Shown piece by piece: positions 25,099 through 37,591 of a stretch of 64,000 bases of DNA; within the stretch, counting starts at the first letter, position 1, and every line of letters begins with the position of its first letter. The stretch lies in NCBI RefSeq assembly GCF_009914755.1, contig NC_060944.1, one strand, 5' to 3'. This DNA comes from the human T2T-CHM13v2.0 reference genome, Homo sapiens. The notes below the pieces were generated by a model, which made no database searches, had not been told where the DNA came from, and saw only the letters and a program-made list of their open reading frames with translations. The position numbers and the translations under genes were made by a program.

Positions 25099-25640
25099 TG
25101 TATTAGGGTGCTTTAGAGGGACAAAACTAACAGAATAAATGTATATATCAAGGGGAGTTTATTAGGGAGACTTGATTCATATGATCACAAGGTGAAATCT
25201 CACAACAGGCCGTCTGCAAGTTCAGGGGAAGGAAGCCATTTCAAGTCCCAAAACCTCAAAACTAAGAAAGTCAACAGTGCAGCCTTCAGTCTGAGGCCAA
25301 AGGCCTGAGAGTCCCTAGCAAACTACTGGTGTAAGTCCAAGAGTTCAAAAGCTGAAGAACTTGGAGTCCGATGTTCAAGGGTAGGAAGCATCCAGCATGG
25401 GAGAAAGATGGAGGCCAGAAGACTCAGCCAGTCTAGTCCTTCCACGTTCTTCTACCTGCTTTATCCTAGCTGTGCTGGCAGCTGATTAGATGGTGCCCAC
25501 CACATTGACAGTGGGTCTGCCTTTCCCAGTCCACTGACTCCAATGTTAATCTCCTTTGGCAACACCCTCACAGACACACCCAGGAGCAGTACTTTTGTAT
25601 CCTTCAATCCCATCAAGTTGACACTCAGTATTAACCATCA
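25099..25640 (-). mobile_element. MLT2A2 (HERV-L) solo LTR no. 1
   Basis: 'tgtattagggtgctttagagggaca...gtcccaaaacctcaaa...caagttgacactcagtattaaccatca'. The length of about 540 bp fits MLT2A2. Confidence 0.9.
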
Positions 25641-25867
25641 TCCTGGAATACGTGGAGGAGCCTGAGGTCAGAGGAGAGAGGGAAGCGCTCCTGGAACTGG
25701 CAACTTCAGCAACCTAAGTCTTAAAGGCAGTGAGGCTGGAAGGGAAGGAAGTGGCCTGTGGGGGTTAGCTCCTGCAGATTCAGGTAGTTTGTGTCCAGTC
25801 ACCTAACTTCATGTCACATGAAGAGAAAACAAAAGACTCTACCTGGCACATGAGGTCAGTTGGTGGC

Positions 25868-26411
25868 TTTATTAGTCAGGGTTCTCTAGAGGGACAGATC
25901 TAATAGGATAGACGTATATAGGAAAGGGAGTTTATTAAGGAGAACTCACAACATCACAAAGTTAAGTTCCACGATAGGCTGTCTGTAGGTTGAGGAGCAA
26001 AGAAGCCAATTGTGGCTCGTTCGAAGTCCCAAAACCTCAAAAGTAGGGAGCCAACAGTGCAGCCTTCAGTCTGTGGCTGAAAGCCTGAGAGCCCCTGGGA
26101 AACCACTGGTGTAAGCCCAAGAGTCCAAATGCAGAAGAACTTGGAGTCTGATGTTTGGGCGCAGGAAGCATCCAGCTCGGGAGAAAGATGAAGGCTGGAT
26201 GACTCAGCAAGTCAGTTTCTTCCACCTCCTTCTGCCTGCTTTATTCTAGCCACCCTGGCAGCTGATTGGGTGGTGCCCACCCACATTGAGGGTAGGTCTG
26301 CCTCTCCCTGTCCACTGACTCAAATGTTAATCTCCTTTGGCAACACCCTCACAGATACACCCGGGAACAATACTCTGTATCCTTCAATCAAGTTGACACT
26401 TAAGCATCACA
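25868..26411 (-). mobile_element. MLT2A2 (HERV-L) solo LTR no. 2
   Basis: Same motifs as copy 1. Has its own 5-bp TSD GTGGC at 25863-25867 and 26412-26416. Confidence 0.92.
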
Positions 26412-27779
26412 GTGGCCAAGAGTAGCATAGGGGACCCGACCCTCATGGTGCTTGCAGAGGGACATGTTGGATTCAACAAAGGAGATGTTGCATCCTCTCC
26501 TCTCCAGGAGTTGGCCCTTTGGTTCTGAGAAGTGAGTGGACACAGATGTGACATGGAAAGGTGCTATGGTGGCACTGTTTGGTGGTTGCAAGGGATGCTT
26601 CTGAGACAGCTGCCTGCCTCTGACTCTCCCTTATCCCCCCTGAGTCTCAGCTATCTCATCCGTGAAATGGGCATTTGCAGGTGCTGTTGTGAGCACTGAA
26701 TGTGGTAGCAGATGGAACTTAGTAAGAGCTTGATGAACTCAGGCCACTGCTACCAGAGTAGCAAATGGACAGAACCAGGGCAGCTGCCCTGAGGCCCAGC
26801 TGGGTGCCAAGGCAACAGGATGGACAGGGAGACAGCAAAGCTCTAAGCTGTACTCAGGGAGAGCAATGCCTGCAGGGTCCATCAGAGAGGGCTTCCTGGG
26901 GAGGGTCCTGCAGTCAGCAGCGTTCCTGGAGGGAGCACGGGGCAGTGGCGGGGATCATACGATGGGAGGGTGAACACACCTAAAGGGCTGGGTTAGAGAG
27001 TCCGCGGCAATGGGTAAAGGAGCAGAAGGTGGAGATACCAGGGTCAGGCCAGATCAGCGAGGGCCCTGGAGTTCAGAGACAGAGTTGGAAGGAGGGGAGC
27101 AGAGGACTGTCTGGATGGAAACAGGTTTGGAAATATTCTGGAAGCCTGGGGTGGAGACAAGAAATTTTAACCAGCTGAGCCCGGAAGCATCTCTGCAGTT
27201 GCTGACAATCAGCTCCTAGTCTCTCATCACAGCCCCATCTCAAGATCAGTGTGCCCTTTGAAAAGATGGCTGCACATCACCAAGTCAGCAAAGCCGAGGG
27301 CCACCTCCCACATGTGCTCTTCACCCTCTTGGTGACGCTTCTGACTACTACACTTTTCATTCACTTTGATGCATTCCTCATTCAAGGGGATGCAGGAGCC
27401 ATGATGGTGCCCATCCCCTTGGTTTCAGATTTATTTTGTTATTGTTGTTGATTTTGGCCTTTGTTATGCTCATGGAATTCTGGTATTGTAATCATTTTAG
27501 GTAAGACCGATATTTTGAGTTTTTCCATTTGTTTGTTGCAGTGGCTTTGCATTTTAAAATGTGGGCATGTTCCCCAGGCTGCCCAACATCAAATGTGAAA
27601 CATCAAATGTGTTTTTTGGCCCCAGTGGGAGGCCCTGACCTTTCATTTGCATGCATCATAAATGTATGTATGCATCATAAATGTATGCATGCGCACGTTA
27701 TTTTGTGCACATATGATATCAAAACCCCCATCTTAGAGCCCCGGGCATTTATGTAGACTCTAACAATAGCCATATGCTT

Positions 27780-30700
27780 CCCCCTCCCCTATCTGCTGTA
27801 AACCAGTCAAAGCCACAGAGAAAATGAATGCACAGACCTCTCTGCTCACGGTGCATGGACACACATCACCCTTCCTGTTGGTATCTAGGGTCACAGAGAA
27901 GTCGCAATTCATTAGTTATCAATATTGTGTTCAATTGACTTCTTGGGAAATATGACAGGCACCCTTCTTCCCCTCCAGCTGCAGCCAGGGCTGGTGCTGA
28001 TCGTGGGTCTGGAGCTGTCTGCTCCCCTTGGAAATCACAGTCTGTAATGACTGGTTAACATATTGACTGCCCCAAGAAGCCCTGGAGTCATCTCTTGCAA
28101 AAGGCCAGCCTGAAGCCAGTGTATAATGACTGCTTCTCCAAGATAATTAGGTACTTTCCTTCAATTAAAATTGGAAAATGCACAGAGCAGAACATTAGTC
28201 ACAGTTACCATCCGGTGAGATGCATCTTCAGAGCAATAATTGCTCCCCAAAGGTGGGAGGGCTGATGTGGGGCCTATTGACAATGCTGGTCTGATGTGGT
28301 TGTTTCTCTGAAAACTGAGAAGGAGCGCTCTTTCTCACCCTGGGTGAACTAATTTTGGCACCAAGAGGTCACAGGACCTTGCAGGGCCTTGGGGAGATGA
28401 GTGCAGCCTCCCTAGACACTAATCAACACCCCACACTGTCTGCACCACCAGAGCCGGGGTCTTCGACATCCGTATCTGATCAGCAGCTGACTCTTGCCTT
28501 CTGAACATGCCCGACAAACATCTCATTATTCAAACAGATGTTTCTGTGTGTTTTGGATTGCTATTCCAGTGGGAATCTGGCTCTCTCATTTACAAAAGGA
28601 AAACTGTCCTTTAGTTTTTGCAAGATGTTAGGTTTCCCAAATACCCAGATTACTGTTGGAGAGGCTGATGGCTCAGAGAAGCAATTAGGAAGAAAAACGA
28701 TCATTCTGCACTCACTAAGCATTCCCAGGATGGACCTCTGGTCCTATGTCTCTGATTCTTGAATACTCAGAATCTGGACAGCCCTATGCTGGAAGATTCT
28801 CTCCACACAGGAAGCTGGTTAGGGACCCTGCTGTTCCCAGCCTGCAGGGTGCAAGACCTAATGTCTATCCTATTGTTGCCAAACATACTTTATTCATTCC
28901 CACAACACTCAATATTTTTCCCTCTGATTGTGTAACTAGTTGATGCTCATTAGTTTAAAAATTGCACAACATATAAAAACAAAGCAAAAACCTCCTGAGT
29001 CCCCAATACCCTAATATAACCCCTGCCAAACTTTTTGGTGACTGTATTTTTTTCATGCAAATCTTTCAACATATCACACTCACACATTATTTCTATGTAT
29101 TAATTAATACTTTCCTCCATCTTTGTTTGAGTGTGAAACAGCATATTTCATTTAGGAATCCCTCCAAGTCAATCAAGTATAGATAAAATGTTCAAAATAT
29201 TGTTGCATACTAATTTTTCTGTGAATATAGTTTAGCGACTTTTGGCCCTTTGATGGACATTTGCTTCATGTCCAGTTTTTTTTTTTTTTTTTTTTTTTGG
29301 CCAGGCAATGATGCCATAATATATTTTTGTGTATATGTATCCTTATGTACCCGTTCATTCTTCACATACCCAAAGACTACAGGCTCCTATGCACTGATAA
29401 GAAAGGCTGACGTTTCTTTGCAGCTTATTTCATGATGGATACACCACCAGAGAAAGGAGGCTATTTGCAATTCCATTGTCATCTTGTCCTGCAAGGAATT
29501 TTGCCCCAATTGCACCAGGGAGCTTCTCTGGTTCTCAGAGCTCAGTGAGTTCTTGCAGACACTCGAGATCCTGGATCATTGTAGTGGATGTTTGAGGCTT
29601 TCAGCTGCCATCTCGTTTACTCTGTGTGTGCCTCTCAATATCAACCCTCCCACTAGCTGTTTGCGGGGGAACCCCAGGAATGAGTAGCTGATGGATCCAT
29701 TGGAGAATAGGCCATAGAAGCCCTCCAGATCCCTCCTGGATGCCGGGCCTCAATTTACTTCTGATAGTAATTATCTCCTGGACCATGACTCTCAGATGGC
29801 TAGACCTCTATGGGAAACACATTCCAGGCTAAGGAGAGGAGTATTCCTGTTTTCAGGCATTCACATGGTCAGTGGGCGGAATGGGGGTAGAAATTGTGGG
29901 CCCTTGTTTCAGATGGTAGAACTAAGAGTTCCAGAGGAAATTGTGGAAAGTAGTTTTCAATTGGTTAGAATGGAAACTTGCCTGTCTCCACTGTCGCAGA
30001 AAGAATTCTAAGTAGAGGATTCTGATTTTAGAGCAGAGGCAGGAGGGCTAAATTCTCTGGGGTTTGTGGGGAGGTGAAATTTAGGTGTGATTGTAACAGC
30101 CAGAACAGGTCTTAGGTCCAGCAGAATTAAATCCTTAGATATGATCTATGTAGCAGCAGTCAGGACTGCAAGAACTAGATTTTAAATGGGGATCTGGTTA
30201 GACTCTAGACAGCTTGATAGGCAAGAAGTCAGGTTCTGAGCCAGAGTCCTGGGAAATTCTAAGAGCATCTTACGTCTCAGCAAGTCCAGGCATCCCCATG
30301 ACTTCCACATATCTCGGATTCCAGGACTCTCATCTTTGCATCCTTATGGTAGATTGTTTCTCCCCTGTGGTCCCAATAAACCTCAAATCTGGGAGGATTG
30401 CTTTAAAGGGGTCACGGGAGAGGACAGCCCAGGCTTTGACAAGCACATTCGTTCACATAAGGGCAATGGACAACTTCAAGTTTGGGTAGAAAATGCTGAA
30501 AATGACAAAGTTTTGTCAGGAATGCTGTTTTTGACTTTAAGATGCCTGAAAGGCATTTAAACACTAAACTCCCATGTAGCTTTCCCGTGGATGATATATA
30601 ACTCCATTTACAGCTATAATCTGGGTAACAAAATGAATACTCCATCATTGTACTATGAATAGTAAATTAACCCAGATAAAAGTGTTCTACATCCAATCAA

Positions 30701-31060
30701 AACCATTAAGGAACTAGGAGACTAAGATTGGTGAGGACATTTTGGAGGCAATTATAACTAATGAATACATTAACTTCAAGAAGGAGGATGGTTTCAGTGG
30801 CTTTCTGGTCTCTCCAAATAAAATTAGGGTAGGTGGGAACAAAGCTGAAATAATTTTGAGAAAAGGACAGATTTATTGATCTACACAGAGCCATTAGAAG
30901 GGGAAATGGTTTCTTAGGAGAGAGACTTGGGCATATTAGTCTTCAGAATAATCATTAAAAAGAATGAAAGACATTTTCCCTTCTTACCACATTTACAACC
31001 CGTCTAGCTTAGACCAAAAGAGCTCACACTTTGTCCCCTATTCAGGGATTTTGGTGTGGA
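27780..31060 (-). pseudogene. Candidate decayed giant coding exon, interrupted by AT-rich old-L1-like sequence at about 28930-29350
   Basis: TE-poor, exon-like composition. The minus frame 28560 to 28201 gives 120 codons whose only four stops are all TGA. Ser/Pro-rich translations elsewhere (e.g. KPGLSSPVTPLKQSSQI, KPLKPSSFLKLMYSLVIIASKMSSPILVS). Confidence 0.3.
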
Positions 31061-31451
31061 AATTTTTCACTTTCTTTTAAGATATACTATTTATTGTGTT
31101 TTAAAAGTGAAATTAATGCATACTAATTGTGGGCTGTATGGAAAACACAAAAAATGCAAAAATAAAAACAATCTATAGTCTTATCACCCAGAGATGACCA
31201 TTATTAACATTTTGGGGTAACCAGTCTTTTATTTTTCTATATTCGTATATGTTTGGGGATAGTTATAGATGATTCTCTATACTCAAGAATAATGGCTTTA
31301 ATATTTTTATAAAAATGATAACTCATCCTATAAAATTCAAGTCATATAGAAAAATTCAAAGGAAGATACTAAAAATCATCATCTGAACTCTCACCCACAG
31401 TAGTTAATCATGCCCACTTTCAGCATCTCTCTCTAGCATATGTGCAGATAA

Positions 31452-31867
<416 letters not shown>

Positions 31868-32464
31868 TAGGGGCTGCTGTATAACCCGCAACTGTCTCCG
31901 GAGGCCATGTTGGTCTTGGAGGTCTTGGCTGTTCTTACACTTTGTTTTCACTTCTTTGCCTTGAGACATCCCTGAGTTTTTGTCATTCAAGACAGCAATG
32001 CACCTCTTAGTAAGGCTCTTAAGTCACAGCTGGCTGCTGTCATAGCACTGACTTCCTTTTCCACACTAGGAGCCAATTTCTTTAGCCTGGAGGCTCAAGC
32101 CCCAGCACCACAGAGGCCAAAAAGGGGGCCTCGGTGATCTTCTACCATCTTCTACTGTGGCACCAAGTTGCTAGAGGGGCATTCCTAGCTTCCTGCTACT
32201 GACTCACACCTGCAGATTCAAAGGAGAGATGTCCAGACACAAACAGAACAAACAACACTTCCAAGAGCTAAGTAGTAATGCAAATGAATTAAATGGGGCA
32301 TGTATACTGAAAGCAAACAAGCAAATAAACATGAGCATGAAAATTACATTCAAAATGATGGTCAAAACTCCCCAGGCTGCTGGTGTCATGCAGGAGTTGT
32401 GGTCCAGTGTGGGCATATCCTCAAATTTTTCAAAAGGAGCCAGAGATCTAAAGGATTTAAAGAT

Positions 32465-32774
32465 TTTGTTTTTGTTGTTTTTTTGAGATAGAGTCTCACT
32501 CTGTCACCCAAGCTAGAGTGCAGTGGCGTGATCTCAGCTCACTGCAACCTCGGCCTCCCAGGTTCAAGTGATTCAGTGATTCTCCTGCGTCAGCCTCCTG
32601 AGTAGCTGGGGTTACAGGCACAGCCCACCATGCCCAGCTCATTTTAGTATTTTTAGTAGAGATGGGGTTTCACTCCATTGGCCAGGCTGGTCTTGAATTC
32701 CTGACCTCAAGTGATCCGCCCACCCCAGCCTCCCAAAGTTCTGGGATTACAGGCGAGAGCCACGGTGCCCAGCC
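32465..32774 (-). mobile_element. AluS (Sx/Sz-like)
   Basis: Full antisense Alu containing 'ctgacctcaagtgatccgcccac'. Confidence 0.95.
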
Positions 32775-32889
32775 TAAATTTTTAAGTGAAATCTCCTTAT
32801 TTATGTCGGTTGACAGTCAACTAAATAACTAAAAACACTATAAAACAAAGCCCATTGTTAATCAGTCCAATTTCTTCCTTTGCTATAAA

Positions 32890-33062
32890 CACAATTTAAT
32901 AAAGTACAGAGACCAGTTAAATGTAAATATCAAATGATCAATGAATACTTTTTGTGTAAGTATATCTCATGCAATAGTTGGTACATTCTTATACGAAAAA
33001 TACTTATTGTTTATCTGGAATTTAAATGTCACCAGGCATCTTGAATCTTTCCTGGCTGGCCT
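32890..33062. mobile_element. MER53 palindromic hAT MITE
   Basis: 'ccagttaaatgtaaatatcaaat...taagtatatctcatgcaatagttggtacattcttata...ttgtttatctggaatttaaat' follows the self-complementary MER53 layout. Confidence 0.75.
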
Positions 33063-33636
33063 GGGTGAGGAGGCTCTCCAATCTGTCCTCGCTGCTCTCA
33101 GGAAATCTAGGGGCTTGGGGGAGGTATGTTACCATCCACTGTCTGCCTGTTCCTGTCCAGTTTTCAAACTACTCAGCGGGTGTCTTGTTGGTGTTTTGTC
33201 CATTTCCTTTTTCATTGATGATGTAGCTTCTTTTCCCCCTTGCTATTGTTTCTTATTTTATTTTTGTTCTCTGTAGGTTTCAAGAAAATAGTGGGATAAA
33301 AATGCATTTTTTTAACCATCTTGAGGGATAGTCTGATAATCTGCTTTTTAATTTAACTTTGTATAATTTTTTCAACCTTAAATATTTTTAAAACATATTT
33401 TTCTTGGCTGCCTATAGGCCCTTTTGTGAATTTACCAAAATTATCTTAGCTGAATCTTAATTATATTTCATGCGCAGAAATCCTGTGTACAAATATTTGA
33501 GCTAAAAAAAGAATTTAATTGAAGTAATAATTCATTATTCTCTTTGGTCAGTGCCTGGGCCAGGAGAAAAGGGAAAGAACGATCCACAGAAGGGTTATCT
33601 CTGACTATTCTTAGGAAACTCTAAAGAATTTCCCAG

Positions 33637-33719
33637 GGCTTTGAGGCAGCTTACCCCAAAACCCTGGTCCTTGGCTTTCAGGCAGCTCACCCTGAAACCC
33701 TGGTCCTTGGCTTTTCAGG
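33637..33719 (+). repeat. Tandem duplication, 36 bp x2
   Basis: 'ggcttt-aggcagct-accc--aaaccctggtcctt' occurs twice. Confidence 0.9.
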
Positions 33720-34676
33720 ATGCCAGTGGGCTCCATTATGTTTACCTTATACACACTGGTAACAGATTTATCTTTCTCTTCCACATCATCTGGGAATCCC
33801 TTCCTATTAGTTGGCTTCTAATGAGCTTTGTAATTATTCATTTTATCTCAAGGCAAACACTATTAACCAGGTTTGGTGTGATTAAGAAAAGTGCTTCTTC
33901 AAGCGCTCATTTTTTCTGGTGGGGATGATTCTCAGGTAATTAAACCACATCGTGAAGAAACAACTTGATACATCGGCTTATTTTGCTTTTGACAACATGA
34001 TTAAAAGTACTAGGCTTTCCATCACAATTTGCTGCAAAGAATGTTGACATTCCACTTGATACCCTTTAGAATCTAAAGTTATGTCAGACAGACAAAAGCA
34101 ACTCTACGACAAGTGAAGGCAGGTACTCCCGTGTCCTGTCTGAATAGTCCATTTAGGGAGTAGCTTGCAGTGACCCGGGCTTGTTTAGATTATAAGGTCA
34201 CCATTGAGACCACATCCCACTTCCCAAGGTAACCAAATTCCATAAAGAAGTCAAGCAACATTGGTGCATTTTAATGGAATAAAACACTCCGGTGACTTCA
34301 TTCCAGGCTCTGTGTCATGTAACACAGATTTGGTGAAACAAGTGTAGCATGCTTTGTCACGTTTGTTTGCATTTTCATTGCTGCTCTTTTAAATTTTGTG
34401 GGTGGCTTCAGTTGCCACTTTTCTGAATTTATGAGCTCAGTTATGTAGGAAACATGAGGCAATTTGTTCAGCATTTTGGGCATACTTAAGCAAGTTTTTG
34501 TCTTTAGAGAGGGTCAAATTGGCCTTTTAGCCTTTATCTAGCATGAGAGGCATCCACTGGGCAGAGCTCTTGCACCTGGCCGCTCGGGGCTTGCTGACCA
34601 GATTATAGGGATCATCTATGTTTCAGCAGTCAGTCCCTAGTCCAGTGAGTTCTGGCTAGGATATTTAAAAAGAAAC

Positions 34677-34800
34677 AGGAAGGAAAGGAGAGGAGAGGAG
34701 AGGGGAGGGGAGGGAAGAAGGAAGAAAGGAAGGACAGAGGGAGGGATGGAGGAAAGAAGAGAAGGAAGAAAGGAGAGACAAAGGGAGGGAAAGAATAGGA
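34677..34800 (+). repeat. Polypurine (GA-rich) low-complexity tract
   Basis: ggaa/ggaga/ggagg units. Confidence 0.9.
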
Positions 34801-36989
34801 AAAAAAATCACTGGTTTATGATATTTACCATGCATAGAAAGATGACTGAGATGTTACTCAGGAGGTGGTTAAGGGTGTGGCAGATACTCAGAACATCATT
34901 TAAACTTTAAAGTTTCATTCCCAAGAGAAATATGTAGAAATATGTATGTAGTAGTTCTCCCAAGAGAAATATGTAGTAGTTCTAAAACGCTAATCTATCC
35001 AATTACGATTTGTACCTAAGATACCTCTCAATATCTGAAGACATCAAGACAAAAAGACAGCTACATTTCTAGCGCCTCATGGGGGGAAATTCAATATAAA
35101 GAAGAAGAAAAAAGTAAAGAATAGTCTCTTCTCTCCTGTGCATTACAAGCCCATATGGCCCCCCAAAAATGTCACCCTAGAGTCTTTCTTGCTAGCTGGA
35201 GCACAGCTTGATTTTCAGAGATGATTGAGTTGGCATGGCTGTTGCCAAAAGCTTGTTTTGACTTGTAAACGTACAAGTTTGGGATAAAACTCAGTGATAG
35301 AGGAGAAAAAGAGAATGCTAAGTTATCATTTTTACAATTGCACTTTAGAACCTGTAGCTGTGATTGGTGGCAGTGTTTTCCCCCTTAATTCTTTTGCCAG
35401 TGTGTTTTCTATTATTTTTGCCAACCTCTTGTTTCCAAACCACTTGCCCAGTATGCTGTCTCTATTCAAGTAATTGCAGGATTCACTGCTGGAAAATGGA
35501 AGATTGTTTCAGCTCCCACAGATATGTATCTCATGAGATTTAAGATTGTCTTTCCTTTGCTTATTCTTTCCTTTCTTGAGTCAAATGATGCAACATTCTC
35601 AGCAATAGCAGACAACAGTACAAAATGAAAAAAATACATATGAAATATGTTTATTTTATATAAATTAATATTTATATCTCATTCCACTTACAAAATAATT
35701 TTCTTTAGTCTCACAACATTTTCTCTCTTTCGTCAAAGTACTTTCTTCTACTTTAGCTGCTAAGTCACTTAGGTCTAAATCGACACAGATTACACCTGCT
35801 TGAAATCTCTGGTGGGGTTGAAATTGCCAGATAATTAGAAGACCAGATTAGGAACCGAGTGCAACCTGGTCAACGTTGAGAAAACTTACCAAATCTTTAT
35901 TAAGTTGAGAAGGGGGAACACAGCCATTTGTTTTTCCGGATGACATCACTTTTTATTACCAAGGGTATGTTACTTGGATTGTTTTCTACAAGTGTTACCA
36001 TCGACCACTTTGCAGTGCCATTTATGCTGGCAACTCTCAAATTTGTCTTTAGCATTTCTAAGATTGATTCCCCCATCTTCTATTAAAAACAAACATCTAT
36101 TGAAAAAATGTCCTATAGAAATGTAGGAAATTGATTCCAGCTCTTGAACTGGGCTGACTGTACTTCGATCCGTGTGATAGAAATGTTCCAGGGACATTCA
36201 TAAACTGTTGAATTTCACACACAGAAAAATTGCATAGAGCGTGTTCTTCCTAGTTGTAGCAGTAACAGCCTTTCGAGTCCCCCATTCTATATCTCTTTTC
36301 TTGACCCATCTTTGTTTTATCTCCCTGCCTCCTGTATCAAATTACCTTGGAGCCTTTGAAGTCACAGAAAATCAAAAGTTAGGAAGAGATGCATACACAC
36401 CTTAGGCTATTGCTCAGTGACTTAGGCATAAGCCCCCTAATGCCCATTTTATGAGTGGCTTAAACCACGTTCAAATATAGGTCAGAAAATTATTGAGGCT
36501 TTATTTACTCTCTCTTTTCAGGGCTGCTGGCCGACATACACCCCCTTCTGCTGAAAGGTGTTAAAGAAATATGCCCAGAGCATAGTAGGCCCTCATTGCA
36601 TTCTCATTGACTTGATGTCAGAGAAAAAAAAAATTAGCATTTTCAAAATTTGCTGTTGAAAATTTGAGACCCAAAAAAGTGTATATAGATCAAGTTGTTG
36701 TTTTACAGAGCAATGGTGAGGGGAGGGCAGAATGCTGTAAGCATCAAACCACATGCGGTCAATTCATCTATAATGATGGTTACCAATTTTTACGGACTTC
36801 CTTCTGCCTCCACAGGCACTGCTTCATGTGATATGCACAAAACTCTGTGAGTTGTTCACTTTCCCTTCCCCTCGTTCATTCATCCATCCAACAAATATTT
36901 ACTGAGCATCTGCTATGTGCCCATGCGTGGGAACAGCACACTGATGGAGACAAACTGACCCACGGCCACACGGAGCATTATCTTGGCTC

Positions 36990-37300
36990 AAAGAGCTGCA
37001 GGCTGTGATCTTAGGCCTCTTCCAGCTCCCTGTTGGTGGTTATATGATCTGCAAGCTAAGAATGGTTTTTACATTTTTTGATGGTTGAAGAAAGATCAAA
37101 GAAGAACCCTGTTTGGTGATAGGTGAAAAATACATGAAATTCAAATTTCAGTGTCCATAAGTAAAGGATTTATTGGTGTCCTAGCCCCATCCATTTGTTG
37201 ACGTATTGTGTGTGGCTGTTTTGTAATACAAGGACAGTCTAAGTGGGTGACAGAGATTCTATGGCCCTGACCCTGTACAGAAAAAAAGTTCCCGACACCA
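36990..37300 (+). mobile_element. MER58B (hAT-Charlie)
   Basis: 'gcaagctaagaatggtttttacatttttt...catgaaattcaaatttcagtgtccataa...acagaaaaaaagttcccgacacc'. Confidence 0.8.
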
Positions 37301-37591
37301 GTCTTAGGGATGAAAAAACCAAGGTGAACTAGCTTTCCTTAGATGCTCTCTGACTCCAAAACCATTGTCTATATAACACACTACACCATCACCATTGCTC
37401 TCACCGTGAAACCTGACTGTTCACAGGGCTTTTTATTTAACCAGGTTAAACAGAAAATTAAACTGGTTCTTATGGACATTGCCAGTCCACATGGGAAAGC
37501 ACCTTTTCAGATTGCATGGCCCTTTGACATGAAAACTATGATAATTCTTTGAAAATTTTCAACGACCAGTGGCATAGAATGGATGGTAATG

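Noticed and set aside
25099-26411. Two MLT2A2 LTRs as the ends of one deleted provirus
   Set aside because: Copy 2 has its own TSD on both sides, and the spacer shows no recognisable HERV-L internal sequence.
34070-36557. Plus-strand mini-exon candidates at 34071-34123 and 36522-36557
   Set aside because: The donors are weak (gtactc, gtgtta) and the joined peptides are not recognisable. No support beyond the acceptor motifs.
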